DNA of 64,000 bases, taken from the NCBI GenBank assembly GCA_023484515.1, contig JAMDAY010000007.1, positions 50,179 to 114,178 of the forward strand, read 5' to 3'. The translations under genes were made by a program, and so were the position numbers. The notes beneath the pieces were generated by a model. The model made no database searches and was not told the DNA's origin. It saw only the letters and a program-made list of their open reading frames with translations. The stretch is from Patescibacteria group bacterium. Lineage in GTDB: Bacteria; Patescibacteriota; Doudnabacteria; UBA920. Numbering within the stretch: position 1 is the stretch's first letter; every line of letters begins with the position of its first letter. Of this stretch, positions 18,169-27,283 are shown piece by piece.

Positions 18169-21100
18169 TTACTTGTTATTTATAAATTCCCTCCTGTATT
18201 CCTGCCAGGAGACTATTCCTAAATTATCCGGCTGGTTTCTTCCCAGGGCTTTAACGAACGCGCGGGCCAAATGTAGGTCAATAAACAGCGGAATCTGGTT
18301 ATCTACGGCGGCGCGCCTTATGCGGAAACCGTCATTTAAATGCCGCTTGAGCTTGTCCTGTTCCTGCCTGCCTTCATTCTGGCTCAAATTTACCACAAAA
18401 GCAATATCCTTTCCCTCAATCGCGTTTAAGACGTTAGGCTGCTGCTCGGAAACCTTCCGCACAACAGTGCAGGCCACATTCTGTTCCCGCAGATACGAAG
18501 CAGTGGTATCGGTCGCGAGAATCTCATACCCCAAGAACACTAAAGTTTGTGCGGCTTCCAAAAATTTTATCTTGTTCAGTTCACCGCCCAAAGAAAGCAG
18601 CACGCGTTTTTTGGTAAAGTCAAAACTATTGGCGGACATTATGGACTTAAGCAAAGCCTCGTCGTAAGTGCGGCCAAAACAGGCTACCTCGCCGGTAGAG
18701 GACATTTCCACCTGCAAAACCGGATCCGCTCCTGAGAGGCGGGCAAAGGAAAACTGGGGCGATTTGACTACGACCGCGGGCGGATATTCATAATTGAATT
18801 TTTTTGCCTTGCCAAAAAAACTGTCCACGGCAATGGCCGGAAAATTGGTAAACAAGGCCTTGGACAGCAAGGGAAAGGTGCGGCTGGCGCGCACATTCAC
18901 TTCTATAACAAACGGCTGGTTGTCCTTGAATAAAAATTGGATGTTGAACGGCCCGGTAATTTTCAGCTCCTTGCTGATTTTTTTCGCAATCTGGCGAAGC
19001 TGGTATTCGGTGGAAGCGTATACGCGCTGCGTCGGATAAACAATGGTCGCGTCTCCGGAATGCACGCCCGCGTTTTCCACATGCTCGGCAATGGCATAAA
19101 CCATTAACTCTCCGTTTTGGGCGACTGCGTCAAATTCCAGCTCTTTGGCGTTTTCAATAAATTTGGATACTGTTACCGGATGCCGCTGGTTTAAGTCCGC
19201 GGCTTTGCCAATGAAATCCTTTAACTGCTGGGGATTGCGGCAAACGCTCATGGCGCTGCCCGATAAAACATAAGAAGGCCGCACCAGGACCGGGTAACCA
19301 ACTTCTTCGGCAAACTGTTCCGCCTTTTCCAGGCTGGCAAAGCTCTGCCAGCGGGGCTGCAAAATGCCCAGTTTGTCCAGGAGCGCGGAAAACTTATTGC
19401 GGTCTTCGGCACGGTCAATGTTTTCCGCGCTGGTCCCTAAAATGGGAGCTTTATAAGCCGCCAGCGCATTGGCCAGGTTGTTGGGCCGCTGCCCTCCTAC
19501 CGACACCGCCACTCCGCCCGATTGCTCAAAATCTAAAATGTCTGCCACGGTTTCAAAATTCAAATCTTCAAAATACAGCCGGTCGGACATGTCGTAGTCA
19601 GTGGACACGGTTTCGGGGTTGCAGTTGATAATTATGGTTTTTTTGTCATATTTTTTTAAAGCCAAAGCCGTATTCACACATGACCAGTCAAACTCCACCG
19701 AAGATCCGATATGATAAGGCCCGCTGCCCAAGACCATGACGGATTTTTTGCCCAAAGGCTGGACATCGTGATGGTTGCCATGATAAGTCAGATACAAATA
19801 ATTGGTCTGGGCCGGCACTTCTCCCGCCAAGGTGTCAATTTGGAACACGCTCGGCAATACGCCGGCTTTTTGGCGCAGGGCGCGAATTTCCAATTCGGTT
19901 TTTCCCGTCAAAAATGCAATTCTTTTGTCCGAAAGTCCGGCTTGCTTATAGCGGCACAGGCTTTGAGGATCCAGCATTTGTGACGCCTTCAGATTTTCTT
20001 CCGTGTCCACAATATTTTTTATCCGGTACAAAAACCACAAATCAATTCCCGTTGCCTGATAGATATCCTTTACTTTTGCGCCATTTTTTAAACTTTCAGC
20101 CAGGGCAAACAAACGTTTGGGCGTCGGTATTTTTAAAAATTTTTCGGAAAATTCTTTTTTTGATAAATTTTTAATGTTAAACCCGTTTTCCGTAACGCCT
20201 TGGACGCGGCCGCTTAACATGCGGCTGGCTTTTTGTAAAGCTTCTTCAAAACTTCTGCCTATGGCCATAACTTCGCCCACGGACTTCATGGCGCTGCCGA
20301 TTTTTTCTTCCGCTCCGGAAAACTTTTCCAAATCCCAGCGCGGCATTTTAACCACCACGTAATCAAGCGCCGGCTCAAAAAAACTTTGCGTAACTTTGGT
20401 CACTTGGTTTTGCACTTTGTTTAAAGTCTTACCCAAAGCCAGCTTTGCCGCAACATAAGCCAAAGGATAGCCGGTGGCCTTGGAAGCCAAAGCCGAGGAG
20501 CGCGACAAACGCGCGTTGACCTCGATTACATAATAATCTAAACCTTGCTTGCCTGTATGTCCATGCATCCGTGTTGATCCGTCATCTTTGATCTGTGTAG
20601 ATCCGTTTGGGTTTAACGCAAATTGGACATTGCATTCGCCAACAATTCCCAAGGATTTGACGATATTTACAGACACCTCGCGCAAACCATGGTATTCGTC
20701 GCTGGTCAAGGTCTGGCTGGGCGCCACCACAATGGAATCGCCGGTGTGGATGCCCAAAGGATCCATGTTTTCCATGTTGCAGACCGTGACGCAGTTGCCT
20801 TCTTTGTCGCGCACAACTTCGTATTCAATTTCCTTAAAATGATGCAAATATTTTTCCACCAGCACCTGCGGCGACACGGCCAAGGCGCCGCTGACTATCT
20901 CATTTAATTGCTTAAGATTATAAGCCACCCCGCTCTTTTGCCCGCCCAAAGCGTAAGCCGCGCGCACCATAACCGGAAAGCCAATTTGCTTGGCTATGGC
21001 TTGCGCCTGTACCAGAGTAGCAGCCGCTCCGCTCGGCGGAACTGCCACATTAATCTTCCGGAGATGGTCCGCAAAATTTTTCCGATCCTCCGTCAAAACA

Positions 21101-21459
21101 ACAGCTTCTATGGGCGTGCCCAAAACTTTAACCTTATGCTTCTTTAAAATGCCTTTACGGTGCAATTCCAACCCGCAATTTAGCGCGGTTTGCCCGCCAA
21201 AAGACAACAATATCCCGTCCGGCTTTTCCTTGGCAATAACCTTTTCCACAAAATAGGGCGTCACCGGCAAAAAATAAATTTCGTCAGCCAAAAGGGGAGA
21301 AGTTTGGATAGTGGCAATGTTGGGATTGACCAAAACCGTCTTTATCCCTTCTTCCTTTAACGCCTTCATGGCCTGGCTGCCCGAATAATCAAACTCCCCG
21401 GCCTCGCCAATTTTTAATGCCCCGCTTCCTAAGACTAATACTTTCTTAAGTGTTTTCAT
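18169..21459 (-). CDS. carB: carbamoyl-phosphate synthase large subunit
   Basis: 1096 aa with duplicated ATP-grasp halves and MGS-like C-terminus; N-terminus VLVLGSGALKIGEAGEFDYSGSQA. Confidence 0.95.
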   Translation of the reverse strand: MKTLKKVLVLGSGALKIGEAGEFDYSGSQAMKALKEEGIKTVLVNPNIATIQTSPLLADEIYFLPVTPYFVEKVIAKEKPDGILLSFGGQTALNCGLELHRKGILKKHKVKVLGTPIEAVVLTEDRKNFADHLRKINVAVPPSGAAATLVQAQAIAKQIGFPVMVRAAYALGGQKSGVAYNLKQLNEIVSGALAVSPQVLVEKYLHHFKEIEYEVVRDKEGNCVTVCNMENMDPLGIHTGDSIVVAPSQTLTSDEYHGLREVSVNIVKSLGIVGECNVQFALNPNGSTQIKDDGSTRMHGHTGKQGLDYYVIEVNARLSRSSALASKATGYPLAYVAAKLALGKTLNKVQNQVTKVTQSFFEPALDYVVVKMPRWDLEKFSGAEEKIGSAMKSVGEVMAIGRSFEEALQKASRMLSGRVQGVTENGFNIKNLSKKEFSEKFLKIPTPKRLFALAESLKNGAKVKDIYQATGIDLWFLYRIKNIVDTEENLKASQMLDPQSLCRYKQAGLSDKRIAFLTGKTELEIRALRQKAGVLPSVFQIDTLAGEVPAQTNYLYLTYHGNHHDVQPLGKKSVMVLGSGPYHIGSSVEFDWSCVNTALALKKYDKKTIIINCNPETVSTDYDMSDRLYFEDLNFETVADILDFEQSGGVAVSVGGQRPNNLANALAAYKAPILGTSAENIDRAEDRNKFSALLDKLGILQPRWQSFASLEKAEQFAEEVGYPVLVRPSYVLSGSAMSVCRNPQQLKDFIGKAADLNQRHPVTVSKFIENAKELEFDAVAQNGELMVYAIAEHVENAGVHSGDATIVYPTQRVYASTEYQLRQIAKKISKELKITGPFNIQFLFKDNQPFVIEVNVRASRTFPLLSKALFTNFPAIAVDSFFGKAKKFNYEYPPAVVVKSPQFSFARLSGADPVLQVEMSSTGEVACFGRTYDEALLKSIMSANSFDFTKKRVLLSLGGELNKIKFLEAAQTLVFLGYEILATDTTASYLREQNVACTVVRKVSEQQPNVLNAIEGKDIAFVVNLSQNEGRQEQDKLKRHLNDGFRIRRAAVDNQIPLFIDLHLARAFVKALGRNQPDNLGIVSWQEYRREFINNK

Positions 21460-21526
21460 AATAATGCTCTTTACAAAACTTTTTTTGCTTGCTATTCTAT
21501 GATATCCAATTGAAAGGAGTGGACAT

Positions 21527-21751
21527 ATGGGTCAGGTGATGAATACAGGCTCTCGTCTCTTTGGAAAGGTTAAGGTGGAGATTGAGGGTATAGGATCGCA
21601 AGTCCTGGACAACGTCCAGGGTTCAACGGTCGTGGGCTGTATCAATGTAGTCGGAGCGGCTTTGAGTGGGGGACCGTTTCAGGTTACTCCGGAGGAATGG
21701 GACGTTGGTTATCGCGCTTCCGACAATTTCATCCTGGTGCGGCGCAAGTGA
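21527..21751 (+). CDS. small hypothetical protein (74 aa), apparently inserted between carB and carA
   Basis: Strong AAAGGAGTGG RBS, own terminator; composition differs from neighbours. Confidence 0.5.
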   Translation: MGQVMNTGSRLFGKVKVEIEGIGSQVLDNVQGSTVVGCINVVGAALSGGPFQVTPEEWDVGYRASDNFILVRRK

Positions 21752-21767
21752 CCCGGCTTTCATTCGT

Positions 21768-21810
21768 GAGGCAGCTTGCCGGTAATACCGGAGGCTGCCC
21801 TCTTTTTTTA
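21768..21810 (+). terminator. terminator GAGGCAGC...GGCTGCCCTC + T8
   Basis: Read directly after the small gene. Confidence 0.6.
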
Positions 21811-21818
21811 TGTGTATT

Positions 21819-21902
21819 TGTAGTTAGCTGATTTATCACGGTCGTTCGCGAACGACGTGATTTATCAGCTGTTATTAACAGCCCATAAATGGGCTAACTA
21901 CA
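21819..21902. mobile_element. 'TGTAGTTAGC...GCTAACTACA' palindromic element, copy A, carrying a nested 19-nt palindromic insert flanked by a TGATTTATCA duplication
   Basis: Aligned by eye to the copies at 60129-60184 and 24204-24261. Confidence 0.65.
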
Positions 21903-21935
21903 TCTTAAATCTTAAATCCTAAATCTTAAATCTTT
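21903..21935. repeat. heptamer tandem repeat (CTTAAAT)x5 abutting the carA stop codon
   Basis: Read directly; a related TTTAGGATTTAAGATTT motif occurs at the pyrE 3' end (25484-25505). Confidence 0.6.
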
Positions 21936-23101
21936 TTAAGGAACTCATCAAACAGCCACCCGGTATCCAACGGCCCCGGATGCGCTTCGGGATGGAATTG
22001 AACGGACATAAACGGCAGTTTGTTATGGATAATGCCTTCGTTGGTCTTGTCGTTGGCGTTGTAAAACCACTGTTTAAAGCCTTTGGGAATTTTTTTAATG
22101 GCGAAACCGTGGTTCTGGGTGGTTAAATAGCATTTGTTCGTGCCCTGCAAAACACACGGCTGGTTCTGGCCGCGATGCCCATACTTTAGCTTATAAGTAT
22201 CACCATCGGCTGCTAAAGCTAGAATTTGATTGCCTAAACAAATACCAAATGTCGGGATCTTTTTGGCCAGTAGATATTTTACGTTTTCTATGGTGGTGGT
22301 TGCCTGCTTGGGGTCGCCCGGGCCGTTGGAAATTAAGGCAGCGTCAAATTTCAGTTTTTTCAAATTGTAATCCCAAGGCACTACCACGACTTTTACGTTG
22401 CGCTTGACCAATTCGCGCACAATGTTTTGCTTAAGGCCGCAGTCAATAACCACAACCGTCTTTTTGCCCGAACCCGCGCGGTAAACTTTTTTCGTGGAAA
22501 CTTTGGCGGCTAAATTTTCAAGGTTGGGGTCTTTGAATTCTGTCATTGCCAGGCCGCCTTGCCCGCCGAAGCCTTGGCGGAGGAGGGGGTTTTGTCCGGC
22601 CGACCGAAGATACGCCGAAGCCTTGGCGAAGGTGGACGAAGCAATCTTCTCCTGTGATAGATTGCTTCGCTCGGATGCACTCGCTCGCAATGACACATTA
22701 TTAAATTCCATTTTCCCCAACATGACTCCATGGGTCCGCAGCTTTTGCGTAATTTCCCTGGTATCCTTAATCTCCAAAGCAGGAATGTTTTGCTTTTTCA
22801 GCCAGTCTGACAATGTCTGTTTGCTTGAATGATGCGAAGGCGTATCTATATAGCTTGATACCACTAACCCCGAAACTTGAATTTTACCAGATTCCCAATA
22901 TTTTTTCTCCGGCACGCCATAATTGCCCTGCAGGGGATAGGTTAAAACCAAAATCTGCCCGGCATAAGAGGGATCGGTCAAGCTTTCCGGATACCCGACC
23001 ATGCCCGTGGCAAATACCACTTCGCCCGCCATGGGCTTTTCTTTGCCAAAACTTTTACCAACGTATTCGCTGCCGTCTTTTAAAATAAGGTTGCCGATCA
23101 T
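21926..23101 (-). CDS. carA: carbamoyl-phosphate synthase small subunit; the linker carries an in-frame palindromic-element insertion
   Basis: CarA N-domain plus class-I GATase (GICLGNQ, HPE) with about 45 extra low-complexity residues in the linker, encoded by the 22541-22695 element. Confidence 0.9.
   Translation of the reverse strand: MIGNLILKDGSEYVGKSFGKEKPMAGEVVFATGMVGYPESLTDPSYAGQILVLTYPLQGNYGVPEKKYWESGKIQVSGLVVSSYIDTPSHHSSKQTLSDWLKKQNIPALEIKDTREITQKLRTHGVMLGKMEFNNVSLRASASERSNLSQEKIASSTFAKASAYLRSAGQNPLLRQGFGGQGGLAMTEFKDPNLENLAAKVSTKKVYRAGSGKKTVVVIDCGLKQNIVRELVKRNVKVVVVPWDYNLKKLKFDAALISNGPGDPKQATTTIENVKYLLAKKIPTFGICLGNQILALAADGDTYKLKYGHRGQNQPCVLQGTNKCYLTTQNHGFAIKKIPKGFKQWFYNANDKTNEGIIHNKLPFMSVQFHPEAHPGPLDTGWLFDEFLKKI
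22541..22695. mobile_element. 'TGTCATTGC...GCAATGACA' palindromic element inserted in-frame in carA
   Basis: Terminal inverted repeats, internal CGAAGCAATC...GATTGCTTCG hairpin and GCCGAAGCCTTGGCG direct repeats; homologous copy in rsmI. Confidence 0.7.
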
Positions 23102-23365
23102 AATATTATCTTTGCCTATTGATATCCGCCTTCGCTTTCACCTTCGCGCAAGGCTACGGAGGACTTTCAGAAAGCTCCGGCGTATTATCCTCTATATTTT
23201 CCTGCCTTCGGCAGATTTAATTAATATGGATAAAAAAATAACCACCTTTCGGGTGATTAAATTTTAAACAATAGATTTAAATTGGAATCCGGAAACAGTG
23301 CTTCCATATCGCGCTTCGGAATATTTGTGCTGGTTCGTTGATTGCTTTTCATTCGCGGATTTGTG

Positions 23366-24655
23366 CTAATTCGTATTGTTATATACTCTGCCTCTTACAA
23401 TAGCACACTTTACTTTTCCTGGGAAGACCCTGCCGGTAAAGGGCGACCAGCCGCATTTGGTTTTTAAATTCTCCTTTTTTACAAGCCATTTTTGCGATAA
23501 ATCCAAAATTGTCAGCGACCCCGCAAAGCCCTCCTTTATTTCCCCACACCGTTCCGTGCGAAAGCTGTTTACAAAACGGCCCGGATTAAAACTGCAAATC
23601 CTGGCAATGTCTTGCGGCTCAAAATTACATTCCTTAAGCAGCCACGCGGCAAAAGCCCCGTAAGTATCCAAGTGAGGGACTCCTGACATGCCTTTTAATT
23701 TTTCTTCTGCGGTATGCGGGGCATGGTCAGTTGCCAAAAAATCTATGTCGCCTTTTCTTAAGGCCTCAATCATGGCCAAACGGTCTTCCGGTGCCCTAAG
23801 TGGCGGGTTCATTTGCAGCCACTTGCGGTTTTCTTCTGTCAGCATCGTGTCGTCAAAATACAAATGGTGAGGCGCAACTTCGCAAGCCACGTCTAAGCCT
23901 GCTTTTTTGGCACTGATAATTTTAGCCAGGCCTTCCTTAACGGAATAATGGCATAGTTTCCCGTGCAAGCGGTATTTTTCAATAAGATACAAAGCAAAAT
24001 CCGTGGCCTTAAGTTCGGCCTCGGCCGGGCGGCGCTGTTCGTGAGTCGGCTGGTTTTTGTTGGCTTCCAAAATTTCCGGATCTTCGCAATGGAAACTTAC
24101 ATATTGGCCTTCATATCGTTTAATCGCTTCTTCCAATTCCTGCTGCGAATGGAAAAACAAATCGCCGATTGACGGGCCCATAAAGGCTTTGTAAGGCGGT
24201 TGTGTTGTAATGTGCCCATTTATGGGCTGCATTGATGGCCGATAAATCGGCGCACTACAACTAAATGGCTTCGTCTTCGGTCCAATCCCCCCATACAGCG
24301 TTACGTCCACCAACGCTTTTTCGGCAAGCGCCAATTTTTCCCCGTAAGATTTTTCGTCCACCGGCGCCACGGGGTTATTGGGCATATCGCAAATATGCGT
24401 TACCCCGCCGTTTATGGCCGCCTCGGACGCGCTTAAAAAGTCTTCTTTGTAATTTTGCAAGCCCGAGACATCTTCCCGCGCATGCACGTGCAAATCTACA
24501 AACCCGGGAAATACCAGACAATCTTCGCCGCATACAATATCGGCGCTGCCCGTAGCCTCGCCAACACTTTTGATCAATCCCGTCTCCTGATTAATCTCCA
24601 CGCGCCCGTAAATTTCGCTGTCGTGGTTTATTATTTTGCCTTCAATTGATAACAT
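23366..24655 (-). CDS. pyrC: dihydroorotase
   Basis: DLHVHAR metal-binding motif and FHCED, DHAPH motifs (HxH, FHCE); 429 aa. Confidence 0.9.
   Translation of the reverse strand: MLSIEGKIINHDSEIYGRVEINQETGLIKSVGEATGSADIVCGEDCLVFPGFVDLHVHAREDVSGLQNYKEDFLSASEAAINGGVTHICDMPNNPVAPVDEKSYGEKLALAEKALVDVTLYGGIGPKTKPFSCSAPIYRPSMQPINGHITTQPPYKAFMGPSIGDLFFHSQQELEEAIKRYEGQYVSFHCEDPEILEANKNQPTHEQRRPAEAELKATDFALYLIEKYRLHGKLCHYSVKEGLAKIISAKKAGLDVACEVAPHHLYFDDTMLTEENRKWLQMNPPLRAPEDRLAMIEALRKGDIDFLATDHAPHTAEEKLKGMSGVPHLDTYGAFAAWLLKECNFEPQDIARICSFNPGRFVNSFRTERCGEIKEGFAGSLTILDLSQKWLVKKENLKTKCGWSPFTGRVFPGKVKCAIVRGRVYNNTN
24204..24261. mobile_element. divergent 'GTTGTAGTG...CACTACAAC' palindromic element lying in-frame inside pyrC
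   Basis: Same order of TIR / GATTTATC hairpin / GCCCATAAATGGGC hairpin as the 60129-60184 copy; encodes FSCSAPIYRPSMQPINGHI. Confidence 0.5.
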
Positions 24656-24675
24656 GTTTGGAATTCATGATTCAA

Positions 24676-25470
24676 TTACCTGTATTTGTTTATCTCATCC
24701 CTGAGCTTTTTCGCCTCCTCCGCCGGGTTTTCCGCAAAAATAATGCCTCGTGCGGAATGAATAAACAGCCCGCGTTTTTGGTCGTTTAATCCCGCTTCCA
24801 CCACAGCCTTTACGTCCCCGCCCTGTGCGCCCACTCCCGGAACCAAAAATGCAGTCCTTCCCATTATTTCCCGCAATTTTTCCATTTCTTCCGGATACGT
24901 TGCCCCGGCAACCAACATACAATTATGATTATAATTCCATTCGTCCCGCACTTTTTCGGCAACAATCTGCCACACCGGCTTGCCGTCGGCAACCAAATCT
25001 TGCAACTCGCCGGCGCCGGGATTGGAAGTCCGGCACAGCACAATACAACCCTTGTCCGCGCGGTCCAAAAACGGCTTTAGCGCCTCCTTGCCCAAGTATG
25101 GATGCAGGGTTGTAGCGTCAAAATTAAAATAATCAAACAATTCCTCCACGTAACCGTTGTTGGTATTGCCAATGTCCGCGCGCTTGGCATCGCAAATAAT
25201 AAACATGTCCGGATGCCGCTGCTTTAAGTATTCCACGGATAATTTTAAGTCATTCAACCCTTGTCCGCCCCGCGCTTCGTAAAAAGCGATGTTGAATTTA
25301 AAACTGGCGGCAAATTCCGCCGTCTGGTCAATAATCCACTTATTAAATTCAAACTGCAGGTTCTCCATTTGCTTAAACTTATCCGGCAGCTTGTTAAAAT
25401 CGCTGTCCAGCCCCACGCATACCAGAGAATTAACCTTATCCGCCCGCTGATTGTATTTGTCTATGACCAT
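24676..25470 (-). CDS. pyrF: orotidine 5'-phosphate decarboxylase (long type 2)
   Basis: DAKRADIGNT motif. Confidence 0.85.
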   Translation of the reverse strand: MVIDKYNQRADKVNSLVCVGLDSDFNKLPDKFKQMENLQFEFNKWIIDQTAEFAASFKFNIAFYEARGGQGLNDLKLSVEYLKQRHPDMFIICDAKRADIGNTNNGYVEELFDYFNFDATTLHPYLGKEALKPFLDRADKGCIVLCRTSNPGAGELQDLVADGKPVWQIVAEKVRDEWNYNHNCMLVAGATYPEEMEKLREIMGRTAFLVPGVGAQGGDVKAVVEAGLNDQKRGLFIHSARGIIFAENPAEEAKKLRDEINKYR

Positions 25471-25491
25471 AAAAAAATTTAGATATAAAAT

Positions 25492-26124
25492 TTAGGATTT
25501 AAGATTTTTTGCTTCTAAATATTTTTTACCATGGCCAACTGCCGTATTAATGGGAATTCCCGAATCGCACAGCGGGCAACGGCCTTCTTCATACATAGGC
25601 ACCTCTAAAATATCCAGAGGGAAAAAAGGGGTGTTGAAATATTGGCTGTTTACTTCCCTGGTATTTTTATTTACCATCACGCACACGCCCGCAACTTGGC
25701 CGCCAATAGACCTTACAGCATCCGTGGTTTTTTTTGCGCTGCCCCCGGTCTGGGTTAAATCTTCCACCACCAAAATTTTTTTCCCGGCAACATACTTGTC
25801 GTATCCTCTGGTAAACTGCATCCCGCCTTCCGGAGTTTTTTCCGCATACACGCCAAAAATTTCCGTGCCTTTAATTTGGGAAAGATGAAACGCCACCCAT
25901 TGCGATAAAATAACCCCTCCCAAAACCGGACCCACTATTGTATCTATATCCAGATCTTTCACCGCTTCTGCCATAAGGCGGCAAACCTCGGAAGTCTCCT
26001 TGGTATGGGGGTATAAGGCATCTTTATTAATATACGTATCAAAATGCTTGCCTGAAGTTCCGACAAAATGGCTGCCTGCAATAACTGCACCGACTTGTTT
26101 TAAAATATCCAATACTTGACTCAT
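25492..26124 (-). CDS. pyrE: orotate phosphoribosyltransferase-like type I PRTase
   Basis: PRPP-binding motif ILVVEDLTQTGGS; pathway context. Confidence 0.75.
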   Translation of the reverse strand: MSQVLDILKQVGAVIAGSHFVGTSGKHFDTYINKDALYPHTKETSEVCRLMAEAVKDLDIDTIVGPVLGGVILSQWVAFHLSQIKGTEIFGVYAEKTPEGGMQFTRGYDKYVAGKKILVVEDLTQTGGSAKKTTDAVRSIGGQVAGVCVMVNKNTREVNSQYFNTPFFPLDILEVPMYEEGRCPLCDSGIPINTAVGHGKKYLEAKNLKS

Positions 26125-26129
26125 AAAAT

Positions 26130-27218
26130 TTATTTAATTGCCTTTTTAATCTCCTGCGCCAAAAAAGGGTTCCACATGGCGCCGGTGGCGGACATAACCG
26201 CGTCCGCGCCGCTTTCAACGTATTGATGATAATCGTCCACACTCATAACCCCGCCCACACCGATTATGGCAAATTTCATGCCCAATTCTTCGCGCAAAAA
26301 TTTTAATCTTTCTACCATATCCAGACCCGCCCATTTGACCGGCGCGCCGCAAATACCGGATTTAAGCCGCCAGGGCCCGCCAGGCAACGCCTGCTTGCCG
26401 TTTTCATCCAAAACGGCGGAAGGTATGGTGTTTATTGCGGATATGCCGTCAACAATACGTCCCAATTCTTTTACTAATGACCGCAGTTCATCGTCACTTT
26501 GGAAATACGAAACTTTAATAACGAGCGGAGTGTTACCGATTTCGTTCTTTATCGCATCCGCAATGCGCTGCGACTGGGCAATGTCGTAACACAACAACCT
26601 TTTTACTAAATTGCCTTCGTTTGGGCAGCTAAAGTTCGCCTCAATTCCGTGGACCTTGGTTCCGTTCATCAGGCGGGCGGCCAGCACCCAATCTTTCAGA
26701 AAATCATTTTCCGTAAAATTCGCGCCCCAGCGCGTGCCTTCTATCATGCCGCTGACAAATTTTCCCGGATGTCCGTTGGCCCATTTTATAACATCCGCAA
26801 TGTCCTGCTGCCAGACATCAACAGAAAACGAAGGATTGCCGAACGAATTGGTTATAGCCAGCGGTTCGGTAAAACCTTTTTTTACCACCAGGCCTTTTTG
26901 GGCTTGTTCCAAAGTTAAGTCGCCCCGGACCTTAACCGGTAAAATATTTGGCCATTCGTTTACCTTTTTTGCCCGCGTCCGCACGGTCTTGTAAACGCAA
27001 ATATCAAATCCTTTTTCAAATGCCGCTTTAACAAAATTACTGTTAATCAGCGGTCCTGCCGGAATGCCAAAAGGCGCAAACACCTTTCTGCCTAAAAATT
27101 CATACTGCGGTTCGCCTTCGTCTTTAAAAATTTGATGGTCTGCAAACGCGCCAAAAGGGCCTTGCTCGTAATTTTCTTCGTAAGTTTTTAGCGGGTCGTA
27201 AAATGGTTGTAATAACAT
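26130..27218 (-). CDS. pyrD: dihydroorotate dehydrogenase family protein
   Basis: DHO_dh-like TIM-barrel motifs (IEANFSCPN, IIGVGGV); pathway context. Confidence 0.75.
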   Translation of the reverse strand: MLLQPFYDPLKTYEENYEQGPFGAFADHQIFKDEGEPQYEFLGRKVFAPFGIPAGPLINSNFVKAAFEKGFDICVYKTVRTRAKKVNEWPNILPVKVRGDLTLEQAQKGLVVKKGFTEPLAITNSFGNPSFSVDVWQQDIADVIKWANGHPGKFVSGMIEGTRWGANFTENDFLKDWVLAARLMNGTKVHGIEANFSCPNEGNLVKRLLCYDIAQSQRIADAIKNEIGNTPLVIKVSYFQSDDELRSLVKELGRIVDGISAINTIPSAVLDENGKQALPGGPWRLKSGICGAPVKWAGLDMVERLKFLREELGMKFAIIGVGGVMSVDDYHQYVESGADAVMSATGAMWNPFLAQEIKKAIK

Positions 27219-27283
27219 GGTATTATAATGCGAAACAGTATGCGAATGATGTAAAAAAGGTTATTTGCAATTTTCACATTATA

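Noticed and set aside
21903-21935. Possible CRISPR array (short tandem repeats)
   Set aside because: The repeats are 7 nt with no spacers. No repeat-spacer architecture or cas genes occur anywhere in the window.
23102-23365. PyrR-type attenuator in the carA and pyr leaders
   Set aside because: No PyrR binding-loop consensus (CCAGAGAGG-like) was found on the minus strand. Only generic small hairpins are present.
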